Assembly: GCA_002633005.1 (NCBI GenBank) | Contig: NMRA01000241.1 | Coordinates: forward strand, 504,277 to 568,276 | Direction: 5' to 3' | DNA: 64,000 nt | Source: Phoronis australis | Taxonomy: Eukaryota; Animalia; Phoronida | Shown: positions 13,149 through 26,378 of the stretch, piece by piece | Layout of the letters: the number at the start of each line of letters is the position of its first letter | Position numbering within the stretch: position 1 is the first letter of the stretch | Notes under the pieces: generated by a model | Databases searched by the model: none | Told to the model about the DNA's origin: nothing | Seen by the model: only the letters and a program-made list of their open reading frames with translations | Program-made: the position numbers and the translations under genes

Positions 13149-13274
13149 CTGAGACACAAGCGCCATCTGGGGATGTTTTCGCAAGGCCCACTCCACTAGC
13201 TCTTCATTCTCAGCCAGTGTTAGTGTACAGGTGCTGTAGACTAGGATGCCCCCTGGCTTGACTAGTGAAACAGC
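13149..13274 (-). CDS. NSUN6: NSUN6 exon, catalytic motif VI (YSTC)
   Basis: AVSLVKPGGILVYSTCTLTLAENEELVEWAL; AG/GT boundaries. Confidence 0.94.
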
Positions 13275-13539
13275 CTACAATGACATGCTAACAGAAATTT
13301 TCTGCATGAATAACTTGACACTGGAAACTTAAACAAACAACATTAATTGTTATAGAGTGAAACATACATACACATGAAAACGTTCAGTTTCAATTTACCA
13401 AAAGATACGCCATGTTAAACTCTATTCTTCTTTAACATTTGGAATATCCTTCTCCTTACAGCACCAAACACCATCAAGTTGAGAACATTGGCGGACATCA
13501 CCCAGGAGACTAATTGTTGTTACTTAGAATTTATTAACA

Positions 13540-13830
13540 AGTGCATATACAGAAACGTGCAGGTTAAAAAAGTCAAAAACACTGAGCTTATGTTTGACAA
13601 TGATCTGAGTTGCTGATGTTGCTGTGGAAAGCAATAACAGAGGGAGCCATTAGTGTCTTGGCTTGGATGATTCCACAGTCTAATGGTATACGAGAAGCCT
13701 GTGGAGGTGAACAGTTTGCCTACATGGGAGATACGAAAGGAAAGTAAGTGATTGTGCCTAGAAGAGCACCGAGAAAGTGGTGAGGGTATCAAGTAGTCTG
13801 CACCTTTGACTGCAATGCTTGTTCAACAAT
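13540..13830 (-). mobile_element. LINE (CR1/L2-like) 3' fragment
   Basis: GFSYTIRLWNHP resembles the conserved SFFPRTIRLWNxLP C-terminal motif of non-LTR ORF2. Confidence 0.5.
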
Positions 13831-14118
13831 ACCTTAATTAAACAAAAATGGTGTACCAAGCTACAAACACGGAACTATCTATAGTAAGTTTCTTGCACTG
13901 CCTCTCTTATTAGTCTCCATGGACTTTTTGAGATTGGACAGCACTTCGTCATCAGCAGCAGAAACAATATTTGTTACATTTCAACACTAACCCGTGAGTG
14001 TCCTCTAGTACTTAAGGTAAGGCATGACTTCAGTCATTGTCATCACACTAACCTGTGAGAAGAGTCTCCTCTGGTACTTGGGGCAAGACATGAGTTCATT
14101 CATTGTCATCACACTAAC

Positions 14119-14276
14119 CTGTGAGAAGAGTCTCCTCTGGTACTTGGGGTAAGACACAAGTTCATTCATTGTCATCTTGTTCTTCAATGATGGCCTCTGA
14201 CCTAGAGCACTACACGGAGTGTCTAGGAGGATACGATCAAAGCTGTTGGGGCCAAACGGAGGGCCAGAGCTGAGGT
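14119..14276 (-). CDS. NSUN6: NSUN6 exon, motif IV (DxPCS)
   Basis: PPFGPNSFDRILLDTPCSALGQRP...YQRRLFSQ|gttagt; duplicated in-frame donor at 14053. Confidence 0.94.
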
Positions 14277-14729
14277 CTGCGTGAAAATTAATAATAGTCA
14301 CCAACACTTGACTGCAAACACAATTCACACAAGTACCAGGAATCTTACAATTGCTATTGAGCACCACTTACTATAGTAAATCCATGCATGTACGATTTTC
14401 TACCTTTTTAAGTTGTGTAGGTCTACGTAATTTCCAACAAATCATCATTTGAAGTATGTGTATAAGGAACTGTAAAACCGTGCCGTACATTAGTTTTGCA
14501 TCATTTTTACTCATAATTTGACGAAACTGCCATTACACGTTTTAAGACAATAATTACAGTAATTGTTTCCCCTGTACATTTGTTTCTACCATACACAAGT
14601 GCATGTGTTTGATCTCAAGTTGGTCACTGCGTTTTCTTAGTTAAAATGGAACACAGAAAATGGTTTCTTCTAAAATGTTGCAGGTATAATTACTGGAGGC
14701 AAGGGGAATATATTTACTATATAATTGAA

Positions 14730-15005
14730 AAAGTATTTGTGGACATGTCAGATGACACTGTATTTGTGGACACATCAGATGACATTGTATTTGTGGACAT
14801 GTCAGATGACACTGTATTTGTGGACATGTCAGATGACACTGTATTTGTAGATATGTCAGATGACACTGTAGTTGTGGACATGTCCGATGACACTGTATTT
14901 GTGGACATGTCAGATGACACTGTATTTGTGGACATGACAGATGACACTGTATTTATGGACACCTCAGATGACACTGTATTTGTAGACACATCAGATAACA
15001 CTATT
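14730..15005. repeat. 27-bp minisatellite, ~10 copies
   Basis: Unit gacactgtatttgtggacatgtcagat, adjacent and similar to the NSUN6 exon end at 15039. Confidence 0.9.
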
Positions 15006-15038
15006 CGATCAGACAAGACAGTATTTCAATGACACTAC

Positions 15039-15218
15039 CTATGGACTGTACATCAGGATCACACGCCTTGGTGCTGTCATACGCAAATGCTTGGATTGAC
15101 TGTAGACTCCAGCGCCTTGCATTGCCCTTTATCTGACCTATCTTTTGCTTGGCCTTATCTAATGCTATGACAACACCAGTGTCAGACATCAGAGTCGCAA
15201 TATGGTTGGTCTTACCCC
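15039..15218 (-). CDS. NSUN6: NSUN6 exon (SAM-binding)
   Basis: GKTNHIATLMSDTGVVIALDKAKQKIGQIKGNA. Confidence 0.93.
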
Positions 15219-15935
15219 CTGAAAATTGACAAAAAAGTCAACTAAAACAATCATCTTTATTAATATATGGGTTGAAAGTAGACAGTGGAATATCTGGGTT
15301 ATTCACAACAAAATGTGGAAAAACTACTATACCAAATTCAACAATGTTGAATATTAAATAATGTAGACCTCACTACGGGTAATAGTCACTATTTGCTACA
15401 AAGTGAAACACAATAAGAGCCACAACTAACAATCCTTCAGTTGTACAAGAACCATTTTGTTTTTCTCAATGAAAGTTCATTAAACCACTCAGTTTATTAG
15501 AATAATATGTTGAATAACACTTATGTAGAAACAGAATCAAACCTGTGATCAAGTTCTACACTGAAATTATTAAAATTGCATAGGCATAAACAAGCGCCAC
15601 CGTTAGATCATTTAGTTTACCTCACTTCTGTTCAAATCACATAATACACACCAGACAGTTTTTTTACAGACAGTGTTTGCTGAATACGTAATATATAGCA
15701 CATCTTATCACCATACAAGGCAATGTAAAGCACATTTCATTGCCTAATAACACAATTTAGGTACACCAGTTTGCTAAAGAGTTACTGCTGGCATATAGAA
15801 TGCTTTACATAATGTACAAAAACACTGAAATGCGTAAACATTTAACGCCTTTTTGGAGGGCCAAAATATGCAACTTCAAACTGAGATGAAGTTGTGACTG
15901 TGCCTTACGGGGGCAGCATTCAAATAACTACTTGC

Positions 15936-16096
15936 CTGGTGCAGCACACATATCTAGGATTGTCTCCCCTGGTTGTGGATTGAGAACATGGCTGCAGACA
16001 ATGGAAGGGAGGTTCTGTGCAAACACTTTGTCCAGCAGCAGATCAGAAAGGCAAGGTGCGCTGTACAGAGGACTTGTCATCAGGACACCCACACCG
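15936..16096 (-). CDS. NSUN6: NSUN6 exon (motif I), followed by GC donor
   Basis: GVGVLMTSPLY...QNLPSIVCSHVLNPQPGETILDMCAAPG|gcaagt. Confidence 0.93.
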
Positions 16097-16612
16097 CTGA
16101 ACACAAAAGGACCAACAGTCAAATTCACATTCAAAGTTTTGTATTAAAAGCGAGTGAATACTGCGACATCGTCCAAATCAACATTTCACACTAAGAGGTC
16201 TTCCTGTGCATCCATAATTACACTAAACGCGACTTCCACTAATGCCCAACCCCTTTAATTTCAAAATAAAATCATAATAAAATTCTTCGAAAAATAATTC
16301 TTTGAAAAATAAAGACTTCTAATTACTCTGCATGCAATAGATGCAAGAAAGGCAAACTTAAGATAGGGTCCGCTTTAAGCGTCAATAAACTATAATAAAA
16401 ACAATTTTCATAAACAATTAGTAGAAAGTTTTACAATTTTAATTACCAAGAATACATTAAACTTAAAATAGAAACTAAAAACTTGTGAGATCACATGTCT
16501 TCATTTAAAAATCATCAAGACAACAATTAAACCCCATTTACAGGTATATACGTAATTCAGAAACAGATTTCACATTTTGCGGTGTGGTGAGATGTTAACA
16601 ATGTCACATCAC

Positions 16613-17036
16613 TGTACACACCTGACCATAGTCCCATCACAATAGGCCAGACCCCAGGCCCATCACAGTACACACCTGACCACAGGCCGATCACAGTACA
16701 CACCTGACAACTTGCCCATCACAATACACACCTGACCACAGTCCCATTACAGTACACATCTGATCACAGGCCCGTCACAGTACACACCTGACCACAGTCC
16801 CATCACAGTATACACCTGACTGCAGTCCCGTCACAGCACAGACCTGACCGCAGGCCCATCACAGTACACACCTGACCGCAGGCCCATCACAGTACACACC
16901 TGACCGCAGACCCATCACAGTACACACTTGACCGCAGGCCCACCACAGTACACACCTGACCGCAGGCCCACCACAGTACACACCTGACCACAGGCCCATC
17001 ACAGTACACACCTGACCACAGGCCCATCACAGTACA
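16613..17036. repeat. 28-bp minisatellite overlapping NSUN6 exon end, ~15 copies
   Basis: Unit cacctgaccacaggcccatcacagtaca; the terminal copy is the exon end plus donor. Confidence 0.92.
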
Positions 17037-17168
17037 GTTCCTTCCTACTCAGCTGTGCTACTCCATTTCCAACAAATAACTTGCGACCATCAAATGCTTT
17101 CACCAGTCCCTTTTTGCACGTGCCATCAATGTCAGCGTACACAGAAACTGGATCTCCCTTAGCGACAT
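17012..17168 (-). CDS. NSUN6: NSUN6 exon (PUA domain)
   Basis: VAKGDPVSVYADIDGTCKKG...KLFVGNGVAQLSRKELY. Confidence 0.92.
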
Positions 17169-17759
17169 CTGTTGACAGAGGCAAGAAACTTGATTCAAGA
17201 TGCACAACACTTTTACTGGAATGGAATCTATACAAGAAATAGTAAAATGAAAGCGCTCTGAGGAGCGAAACTTGGCGAAATTAACCAAAAAGATGACGAT
17301 AAAGATGATGACGAAGATGACGATGATGGTAGCGAGGATGAACTAAAGAAGTAATAATAACATAAACATGACGAAGGTAGAAGTCCGAAATCAGAAAGAA
17401 AAAGGCTACAGGCTTGTGCGACACTTGGCGAAATTAACGGAAAAGACAACGACGGAGATGATGACGAAGATGATGACGAATATGATGATGGTGGTGGCGA
17501 TGATGAACAACATCACAACATTCATATGATGAACATAGATGTCATAAATCAATAAGAAATAGGCTACAGTCTAGTTCAATAGAAGATAAACCAACATCAA
17601 TGCAGCAAGAGCGCTCAACAAAGGAACAGCGTTATCAGAAAATCTCAAATAACTCAAAAAGTAGACGTCCTAGCGAAAAATGGAAAACATCTTCTGAAAG
17701 CCCGTTCAAAATTCTATCTAAACTGATGGTATCGACTAATTCTGTAAATTTTTCGAAAA

Positions 17760-18342
17760 AAAATGAAATTTTGCGTTTTTTTAAGAAATTCAAAGTCAAA
17801 TAACTCGAAAACGGTAAGTCTGAGAAAAAAATTGTTACAGGCCATTTGAAAGATTATACTTCAAAGAATCTTCATGCAAAAAATCACGTTTTTTTCTCTT
17901 CCCGTTTAAAATCGCACCCCAGACGACTGAAAATGGGTCAACATGCGCCAGATCCGCCATCTTGACAGCAACTTCCGGTTTTTCAGCTTAGTATAATAGC
18001 ATGTTATGAGAAACTAATACCTGAGTGTAAAAATTCGAAGGAATTGGTTTGATAATGCGCCCTCTAGAGGAGAAAACGTTTTTAGGCCATAATCGAGGTG
18101 CGCATGCGCGATCGCCGATATTTCCGCCATCTTTAACCGGAAGTAAACAATTTCCGGTATACTTGTAGCAAACTTCCGGTCCATTTACTGTGTCGATTCT
18201 TAGCCTTTTACGTAAAAAATTGTAGCCTCCAGAAGCATTTGAACCTTTAAATGGAAACAAAATGGCCGCCACAGCCGCCATCTTGGATCCGATTTTGACG
18301 AAAAACAATAGGCTTCCAGTACTTCTGGAAGTACGTGTTGTG
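17760..18342 (+). mobile_element. Interspersed non-autonomous repeat, second copy at ~34055-34650
   Basis: Shared blocks aattcaaagtcaaataactcgaaaacggtaagtctgagaaaa, gcgccctctagagg, aaaatggccgcc in both copies. Confidence 0.7.
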
Positions 18343-18343
18343 N

Positions 18344-18492
18344 ATTGCTTGTAAGTGTGGAATATTGTAGTTATATATTCTTACAATAAACCTACGTATT
18401 ATTCACCAACTTTTAGTTTTCAACATCACCCTCAGTCCGCACCGGGCTCGTAAAATCGGGGCGCCTTGGTCGTAGATACCGCCCCCGTTACA
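18344..18492 (+). mobile_element. Probable LTR 3' end (R/U5) cut by a contig junction
   Basis: Starts after n at 18343; AATAAA followed by terminus ...cccgttaca. Confidence 0.4.
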
Positions 18493-19656
18493 GAAGCAAG
18501 GCTTTATCTCATCGTACTGTGGTCTTGTTTCACCGCATTATGTAGCGTACACACTATACACACTTCACTATCATGATCTAGTAATGACCCAACATGACTC
18601 ATCATTCTAGCTGATGGTCAAGCACACTGGAGCTCAGCCATCATGACTGGGAATTCTGGGTCATTTTGTTTTATTATTTCATCATACATTCAAATACCAA
18701 TCAAAAGACTTGTGGTCTAATCTTGTTCTAATCATTTGTTGACACCACAGATCATGCCAAAGTCGGAAGTTATTTCAGTCAGCGTGCACGTTCATAACAG
18801 GTAGATGTAACCTATTTGAAGTCGTTTTGGTTAAATTTTGCATATTTCACTACTGCCTTTAGAAGCCATTTTGCACTTTTTCTATCAAACTTCATGATAA
18901 TGAATAACAATTCTTCAAACTTTAAGTGTTATATAGAGAGCAAGAGCCTAAAATGTCAGCCTTTTCTCCCACTTTCTTGTTTTGATAATAGTACTCAATG
19001 GCTGATGCCAGACTTTCATGGCGACAACTTGCCACGTGACTTGAGTAATGCTGCCAGAAAAAAGTGATAATAACAATACCACATCAATTCAGCTAATAAG
19101 ACACGCACGGTGTTTGCTTTGGGTTAATTGCTCACAGAGTCACACTTCTAGTGTGAAGAATAAAATTTAACTTCAAAGTAAAATATGCCAAACTGATCAA
19201 AAATGCCTTCACATTCTCTTTTAATAAGTTGTTCTATGAAGCCCACAGTAGTCTGTTCTATGAAGCCCACAGTAGTCTGTTCTATGAAGCACACAGTAGT
19301 CTGTTCTATGAAGTCTACAGTAGTCTGTTCCTGATAACACCATTCAAAACATTATAACTCAAATCGTGGCCAATGACTGGATGTGTATTCTCACTTCTAT
19401 ATCATTAAATGTACGCACCCCACACCAAATTCCTTTTGGATAATACCAAGGTTCTACTTTACTTCCTTTGCACTCAACCTCTACAAAAGAAATAACTCTA
19501 AGGAGTAGGAAACATATTTGTGCAATGTCCACTTGTCCACTAGAGACACTATAAGTAGAGTAAGTTTCCCAAGTGGTACTCCAGAGATCAAAGCACTAGG
19601 CTTCAACCTAAACTCTATTCAGACGGACACCCATGCCAACAGAAACACATCTATAC

Positions 19657-19750
19657 CTGCACCAGCTCCCATAATGCCCTGTGCAAACACGTCTGCTCCT
19701 CTCATGACCGCCATTCCACAAACTAGGTCAACAATCACCTCCTTAGCGTG
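19657..19750 (-). CDS. NSUN6: NSUN6 exon (PUA domain start)
   Basis: HAKEVIVDLVCGMAVMRGADVFAQGIMGA. Confidence 0.93.
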
Positions 19751-19990
19751 CTGCAATAAAACAATTCAACATTTGCTCTGCTTGCATCAATCATTATACC
19801 AGGCTATTCAGGACATATCAGTCATTTCTTCTCTCCAACCATCATCAGGTGAGCAGTGAGCAGTACTGTCACGCATCACCATTGCTATTTAGCAACTGAT
19901 GGCCACTGCCAGAATTCGAACCTATCGTCTAACTCTTTAAATTCACAATTTCTCTATGTTGCAATCACCTATACTTAAATGGCTACGTAC

Positions 19991-20095
19991 CCTCTCTAAG
20001 TTTACGTGTGGGCCAGAGTTCTTCATGAACACAACGTCTGGCAAACTGAGATGAAAAGACACAACAGGAGGAGTGGAACATTTGGCTTCATATTG
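19991..20095 (-). CDS. NSUN6: NSUN6 exon
   Basis: QYEAK...HLSLPDVVFMKNSGPH; phase 0 on both sides. Confidence 0.88.
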
Positions 20096-20590
20096 CTGAA
20101 AGCAGATTCTCATTTGTTCAATAAACAATACATAATAGACTAATATACACACATAAGTGCCCAACGGCACTATTATAGTAATTTGTATGCAAGTGTAGAA
20201 TGTCATCAAATCAATGAACACAACTTCAGTGGGTCAAAAATATCACAGTAACTTCACGATTGTCAGGGCTCTTTGCATGGGCGGGGCAACACTGAAGTAA
20301 GTGGGGAGCTATAGCCCCCCCCCTCCAGCCCCCTATGGTGCACCGCCCGTGCTTTGTGACTGAGTAGAATTCAAGCAAGAGAAGCAGCCAAATTCTTTAA
20401 AAAGCTGAAAAAGTAGGTCATTCGACAATATGCACATATTCTTATAACAACAACACCCATTCTCACAGATACTGATTTTAAGGGCCTCATTCAGATTTTC
20501 ATCTTGCAGCGTCTAATAAATGCTTAAATCATGCAAATATCTTTATTGGACAGAACAGTTTGACTACATCATGACAATAGTATTAAGCAC

Positions 20591-20731
20591 CTTTTCCAGA
20601 GCCTCTTGAAGTTTCTTGGTCACATTTTCCCGAGAGCTTTGCAAATTGTTCACACGCAGGACAGTGTAACTAGGGGGGGTGGCCAAATTGTTCAGCAACT
20701 TATCCAACAGAGAGCGCTGTCCATCAGGTAC
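20591..20731 (-). CDS. NSUN6: NSUN6 exon
   Basis: LDKLLNNLATPPSYTVLRVNNL matches the NSUN6 N-terminal PPxxTxxRVN motif. Confidence 0.9.
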
Positions 20732-21745
20732 CTGCAAATAATCAAATACCCGATGCAAATGCAATGAACAATATTTAATAACCAGGGGTGTGATTCGGAA
20801 TGCCAGGGGACTGTATTCCTTTACTCCACTAACCCTGAAGTTGTACCTCCGCTCACTTTGCACAAACGTACTGTCCTAGAAGATGAACCTCCCCTCACCT
20901 TGTACAGACATACTGTCCTAGAAGATGAACCTCGCCTCACCTTGTACAGACATACTGTCCTAGAAGATGAACTTCCCCTCACCTTGTAAAGACATATTGT
21001 CCTAGAATTAAAGGTGTAACAAACCTATGCTTACTGAAAAGCCAAAAAAGCAAACTTGTTTCTGGTCTTTACCTAGGCTCATTTACTAAGACAACACCAG
21101 CCTACATCAATATCACCCCAGGTTTCATGTTGTTTTGAAAAGCTCTACAAATGCATATATGCAAGGTTTGAAATTGCGTGTTCAGTCAAGCAAATAGTAA
21201 AAAAACACATTGTCTCAGATGAATTTGCTTTTTGAAGAAGTGAATAACTAAAAAAAACAGCACATCACTGACAACATTTTCAAAAAAACACTAACCACAA
21301 CAAACTAAGCTTTTTGACCTTATGCAATCACTCGTATCATGACTTAGGTTTTTAACATACAACTAACTTACCAGATGTGGAAGTTTCAAAATTTGAAAGT
21401 TAAGACAAATCTTAAACTTACGTCAAAAATTAACTTAACTTAATTCAGTGTCTTGGCACAAGGCTTATAAATTTTGCCATCAATGGCAAGTTTGTATCAG
21501 TTGCTGAAACTTCATGGTTTTCAAGGAATTCAAGGCATTTTATTGAAAGTAATGTCAACTCAAGTAAAGGACAAGAACCAACGGTGCTTAAGAGGTAGTG
21601 TACACCCGTGAAATAAGTCATTTTTTAAACCATAATACGATTTATAGCAGTTTTTAGTAACTTACAACATAATGTTTTTTCAATTACAAAAATAATCTTG
21701 TACCGTAGGCTTTAAGTACTGAGCACTTAACTCTTTTATTTGCGT

Positions 21746-21870
21746 TCCTGCACCTGCATCTACACCTGCATCTACATCCTCATCTGCATCTGCATCTACA
21801 TCTGAATCTACAACTACACCTGCATCTGCATCTACACTTACATCTGCATCTACATCTGCATCTACATTTG
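21746..21870. repeat. (CATCTR)n hexamer microsatellite
   Basis: Direct inspection. Confidence 0.85.
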
Positions 21871-21982
21871 TCACTATATTACTGGCACTACATTAATTCT
21901 CTACTTACTAAGCACACTCACGTTATTTCACACAGCCAAAGTTATTTGTTAAAATAATATTGTGTCCCTCTATTATTACGCA

Positions 21983-24900
21983 TGTAGTGTAATTTGTAGT
22001 GTATTACAAATAATAACTAAAAAAAGAGTATATTTCTACTTAACTAAAAACACGTGATTCCCCCGGAAGCCCCGCTACCAGAGACTTCTAGTGGTGATCT
22101 CACAAACTAGTGAGCAGGGTATACCATACTCCTCCCTCCAACATGAGACTAACAAACCACTTAAATGTCCTTAAAATAAAGTTCTGTCACCATTAACACA
22201 AAAGTTCCAAGGAGAACTACAAATACACTTCAACTATTGTTCAGCTAAGTCACAAATCACAAATCCAATCTGTCAGGTGCCTTAGTAACACAAGTGGACC
22301 TGCGCAATGACACCGGTTCAGGTGACGCAGGTGCAGAGTCCGGAAATCCCGAGTCCGAATGCGTGTTAGAAACATTGACTGGTTCAGTTGGTGAATCACT
22401 AGCCACAATCGGTGCCTGGTCCGCAAATATCTGCTCTGAATTAAGTTCAACGCGTTCAGCCATAGAAGAATTGTCCACAATAAGGTGATCAGCATGTACG
22501 AAACGATTCTATACACTCGCACTACACATGTCAATGGTCCAGTAACCTTGGTGACAACACTTGGAATCCATTTCTCCTTCCCACCGCGAGTTTTCCAAAC
22601 GTGCACATGTTGATAAAGATTGTACTGTCGCAGTTTAGGTGTTTGACCATCATGAGTGGATTTCTGGCAACTCTGCTTCCTTTCCACAGATTCCTGTAAG
22701 TTCGGTTTCAGCAGGGTGAGCTTAGTGCGCGGAGCACGTTTCAGAAATAGTTCGGCTGGAGTTTTGTCAATGACAGAATGTGGCGTGTTGCAATATGAGA
22801 ACAGCAAGTTCGATAAGCGATGCAACAATGGCAACCGTGTATCAGATTTGTCCAACATGTCTTTGAAAATGTGCACATAACGTTCCGCCTGTCCATTACT
22901 AGCAGGATGATAAATGGGACTGAACGTGAGCTTGACACCATTCAAGCGTAGAAATGTCTCAAATTCTGCGGATCGAAACTGTGGGCCATTATCTGACACA
23001 AGCTCATAGGGCAAGCCGTAAGACGCGAACAGCTGACGTAATTTCACAATGGTGTGAGTTGAAGTCGTTCCCAACATGGCAAACACCTCCAACCACTTGG
23101 AGTGGCTATCCACAACAATAACATAATCCTTACCATCCTTTTCAGCATAATCGATGTGTACTCTCTGTTAGGGCCTGGTTTCCCATGGCCACGGAATCAA
23201 TGGCGAAGGTTTTGGCATGTTACGAAATCCAGCACAATAATCACACAAATGCACTAAAACCTCAATGTCCTTATCCAGGCCAGGCCACCAAAAGTAACCC
23301 CTGGCAATCGATTTCATCCGCACCATACCCGTATGCAAATCCGACAAAAGTTTAGCTTGAAACTTGGCTGGTATAATAACTCGATGGCCACACAAAAGGC
23401 ATCCATCTTCAAGTGACAATTCATCTCTGCGCACAAAATACGGTTGCAGTTCAATACTATCGACATGATCAGGCCAGCCATGCGACACAAAATCATATAC
23501 CCTAGAAAGAATTGGGTCCTTACGGGTAGAATCACGGATCTCAGATGCCGTTACCAGAATAGAGTCCTCAGTAACAAAGTGAATCGAGTAAGTCTCCACT
23601 TTAGACGCAGTATCTGGCTGATCCACGGGAAGACGACTCAATGCATCAGCATTGGCATTCAGATGTAATCGCATGTGCACTATCTCAAAATGGTAACCGG
23701 ATAACACCAGTGCCCAGCGCTGTAAACGAGCAGCTCCGATCGTTGGAATTCCGGCTTTAGGCCCAAAAATGCGAGTAAGCGACTCGTGGTCAGTCACAAG
23801 AGTGAAAATATGACCAAATAAGTACATGTGAAAACGCTTCACACCAAAAGTCAGAGCTAGTCCCACTTTCTCGACTTAAGCATAGTTCTTCTCTGCAGAA
23901 CTTAGTGTTCGCGAAGCGAATGCAATCGGTTTATCCGAACCATTAGGCATCTTGTGGTTTAAAACCACTCCCATGCCACAGGAACTAGCATCACAGCTTA
24001 GAACAAGCGGTCTTCTGGGATCGTAGTGCACTAACACATAATCACTTAACAGCTGACGCTTACATTCAACAAAAGACTTCTCGCAGGTATCACTCCAATG
24101 CCATTCGACATCCCCATGCAGCAGTGCATACAAAGGGTGTAACAGAGTAGACAAATTACGAATGAACTTGCCATAATAGTTCACCATTCCGAGAAACGAT
24201 TTTAGTTCATCCACATTTTTAGGTCGAGGAACCTGTGAGATCAGCTAAGGGTCACACGCCATCCACCGACAAGGAGTGTCTGAGAAACTGGATCTCCGAC
24301 ATAGCAAATTTACACTTTGATCTGTTCAGCTTTTCGTTATATTTGCCGAGACGTGCAAACACCAGTTCGAGAGTGCAAAGGTGTTGCTCTAGGGAATAGC
24401 CCATCACCAAAATGTCGTCGATGAAACATATAACGTTATCGATACCGCACAAAATTTTTATCAATTGTAGCCTGGAAAATGGATGGTGCCGTCTTTACTC
24501 CAAATGTTAGACGGCGTGGTCGCAACACATACTTGTAAGTGTTCAAGGTGAGTAAGTTGGAAGAATGGTCATCTAATCGCAACTGATTAAATGCACCCAC
24601 CAAATCAAGCAAAGAGAACACACACGGCGTAGAATCATCAACTTGGCAAACAAGTCTGTCTTGAGTATTAGGTAACGGATATTTGTCATCCTCTAACTGA
24701 GTGTTCAATAATTTGTAGTCGCCACAGACGCGAATAGTGGGACCGGAGGACTTCACTTTCCCGACGTTCACAGTGGGCGACGCCCAGTTACTATGTTCCA
24801 CACGCTCCACAACACAACTTTGTTCCATGCGACTGAGCTCAGCCTCCACCGACTCCTGAATTGAATATGGAACGGGACAAGCTTTTTGAAACGTGGCTTT

Positions 24901-26255
24901 TGCATTAGGTTTAAGCCTGATAGACGCAGTGAAGTCTCTGATTTCCTCGCCATTATCAATATACAGGTTTTTGTACTTTGCAATAAGGAGATCAATATTT
25001 TGCAGTTCACAAGATAACTTGAAGAGAGAATTCCAGTTAACTCCCAATTCTCGTTTCCAATTCCTACCACAAAGCGAAGGACGGTTTCCCTTAACCACAA
25101 CGAGAGGCAATTTTCTCGAGGGCTGGGTACTTGGTCATACCCGAAAAGAGTAATATTTGGAGGCTCCAGATGAAACTGCGAAAAACTCGTCTTTACCGAT
25201 GGTGGTACGTGCAGCGCCAGAGTCTACTTCCATAGAAATGTCATGGCCAGCAACATTTACAGCTACATAAACTGGAGGCTCTTCACCAGCACCACAGTAA
25301 TACAAATGCAAATTATCAGGGTCACCAAGCCTCACGTTATTGATAGTTTTAACATGCTGCGACTTACACATAGGTTTAATATGTCCAACTTCCCCACATT
25401 TATAACATGTAGCACCTTTATGTCAACAAGTATGTTCGTTGTCTTTACCTCCACAGCAAAAACATGAACCACTAGGCTTACTAACGCCAGATGGGGTAGG
25501 AGTCACTTTGTAGCAGCTGGCACCACGGCCGTCGGACTTAGCGAAGACTCTGTGAACAGATGCAGGGCCACTCACCGCGGCAGAAGCCCCGCTTGAAACT
25601 CGTGTGCATCTTTAACAGGACACTCCGCCATACGGGCCATTTGCACAGCTTGATCCAGAGTCAGTTTGTCAACTTTCAACAGTTTAGTTAATGTCCCTTC
25701 ATCCCGAAGGCCAAACACAAACTGGTCACGAAGCGCCACGTTGAGATTATCCCCATAGCCACAAAGCAATGAAAACCGCCGCAGATCGATAATGAAGTCA
25801 GTGACACTCTCATGCTCCTTCTGAACCCACCTGGTAAAACGAAAACGTTCCGAGATTTCCTAAGGCTTAGGTTCATAATGTTTCTCTAACAACTTCACTA
25901 TCTGCGAGTATGTTTTGTCCCTGGGAAGATCCGGCGTCGTCAGACTGCGTAACATACCATAGGCCTCCTACCCCATGAACGTACATGTAAGGATCGCAGA
26001 GACCCGCTTATCGCCTGCAATTTCATTTAACGCAAAATACTGCTCGGCTTGCTCCACATACATACTCCAGAGTTCAGCCGAAGCATCAAACATTTGCATA
26101 TGGGCCATCCTCGTCGCCAATTTGTAGTGTATTACAAATAATAACTAAGAAAAGAGTATATTTCTACTTAACTAAAAACAAGCGATTCCCCCGAAGCCCC
26201 GCTACCAGAGACTTCTCGTGGTGATCTCACAAACTAGTGAGCAGGGTATACCTCA
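21983..26255 (-). mobile_element. Full-length decayed Ty3/Gypsy (Mag-type) LTR retrotransposon in NSUN6 intron
   Basis: LTRs 21995-22126 and 26123-26255 (~133 bp, TG..CA); TSD ACGCA at 21978-21982 and 26256-26260; PBS TGGCGACGAG 26119-26110; PPT ~22128-22139; gag from ATG 26108 with CCHC knuckle, protease VDSGA, RT FIDD, RNase H, integrase SDNGPQF; many stops and frameshifts. Confidence 0.95.
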
Positions 26256-26378
26256 ACGCACGAGGCTGACTTGGCAGGAATTTCAATCCTCACCTAATTC
26301 GCACACAGTCAGTTCTAAAATTCAGAAAATACCAAAACAAAGCCCTGTCAATAATTACAGTAATAGGCACCTCCTTAA

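Noticed and set aside
17283-17520. Acidic (GAT/GAC)n stretch as a coding exon
   Set aside because: Duplicated low-complexity sequence with stops, antisense within an NSUN6 intron.
21588-26378. Outer TTAA-bounded element enclosing the Gypsy insertion
   Set aside because: The ends (ttaagaggtag.. and ..gcacctccttaa) match too weakly to call TIRs by eye.
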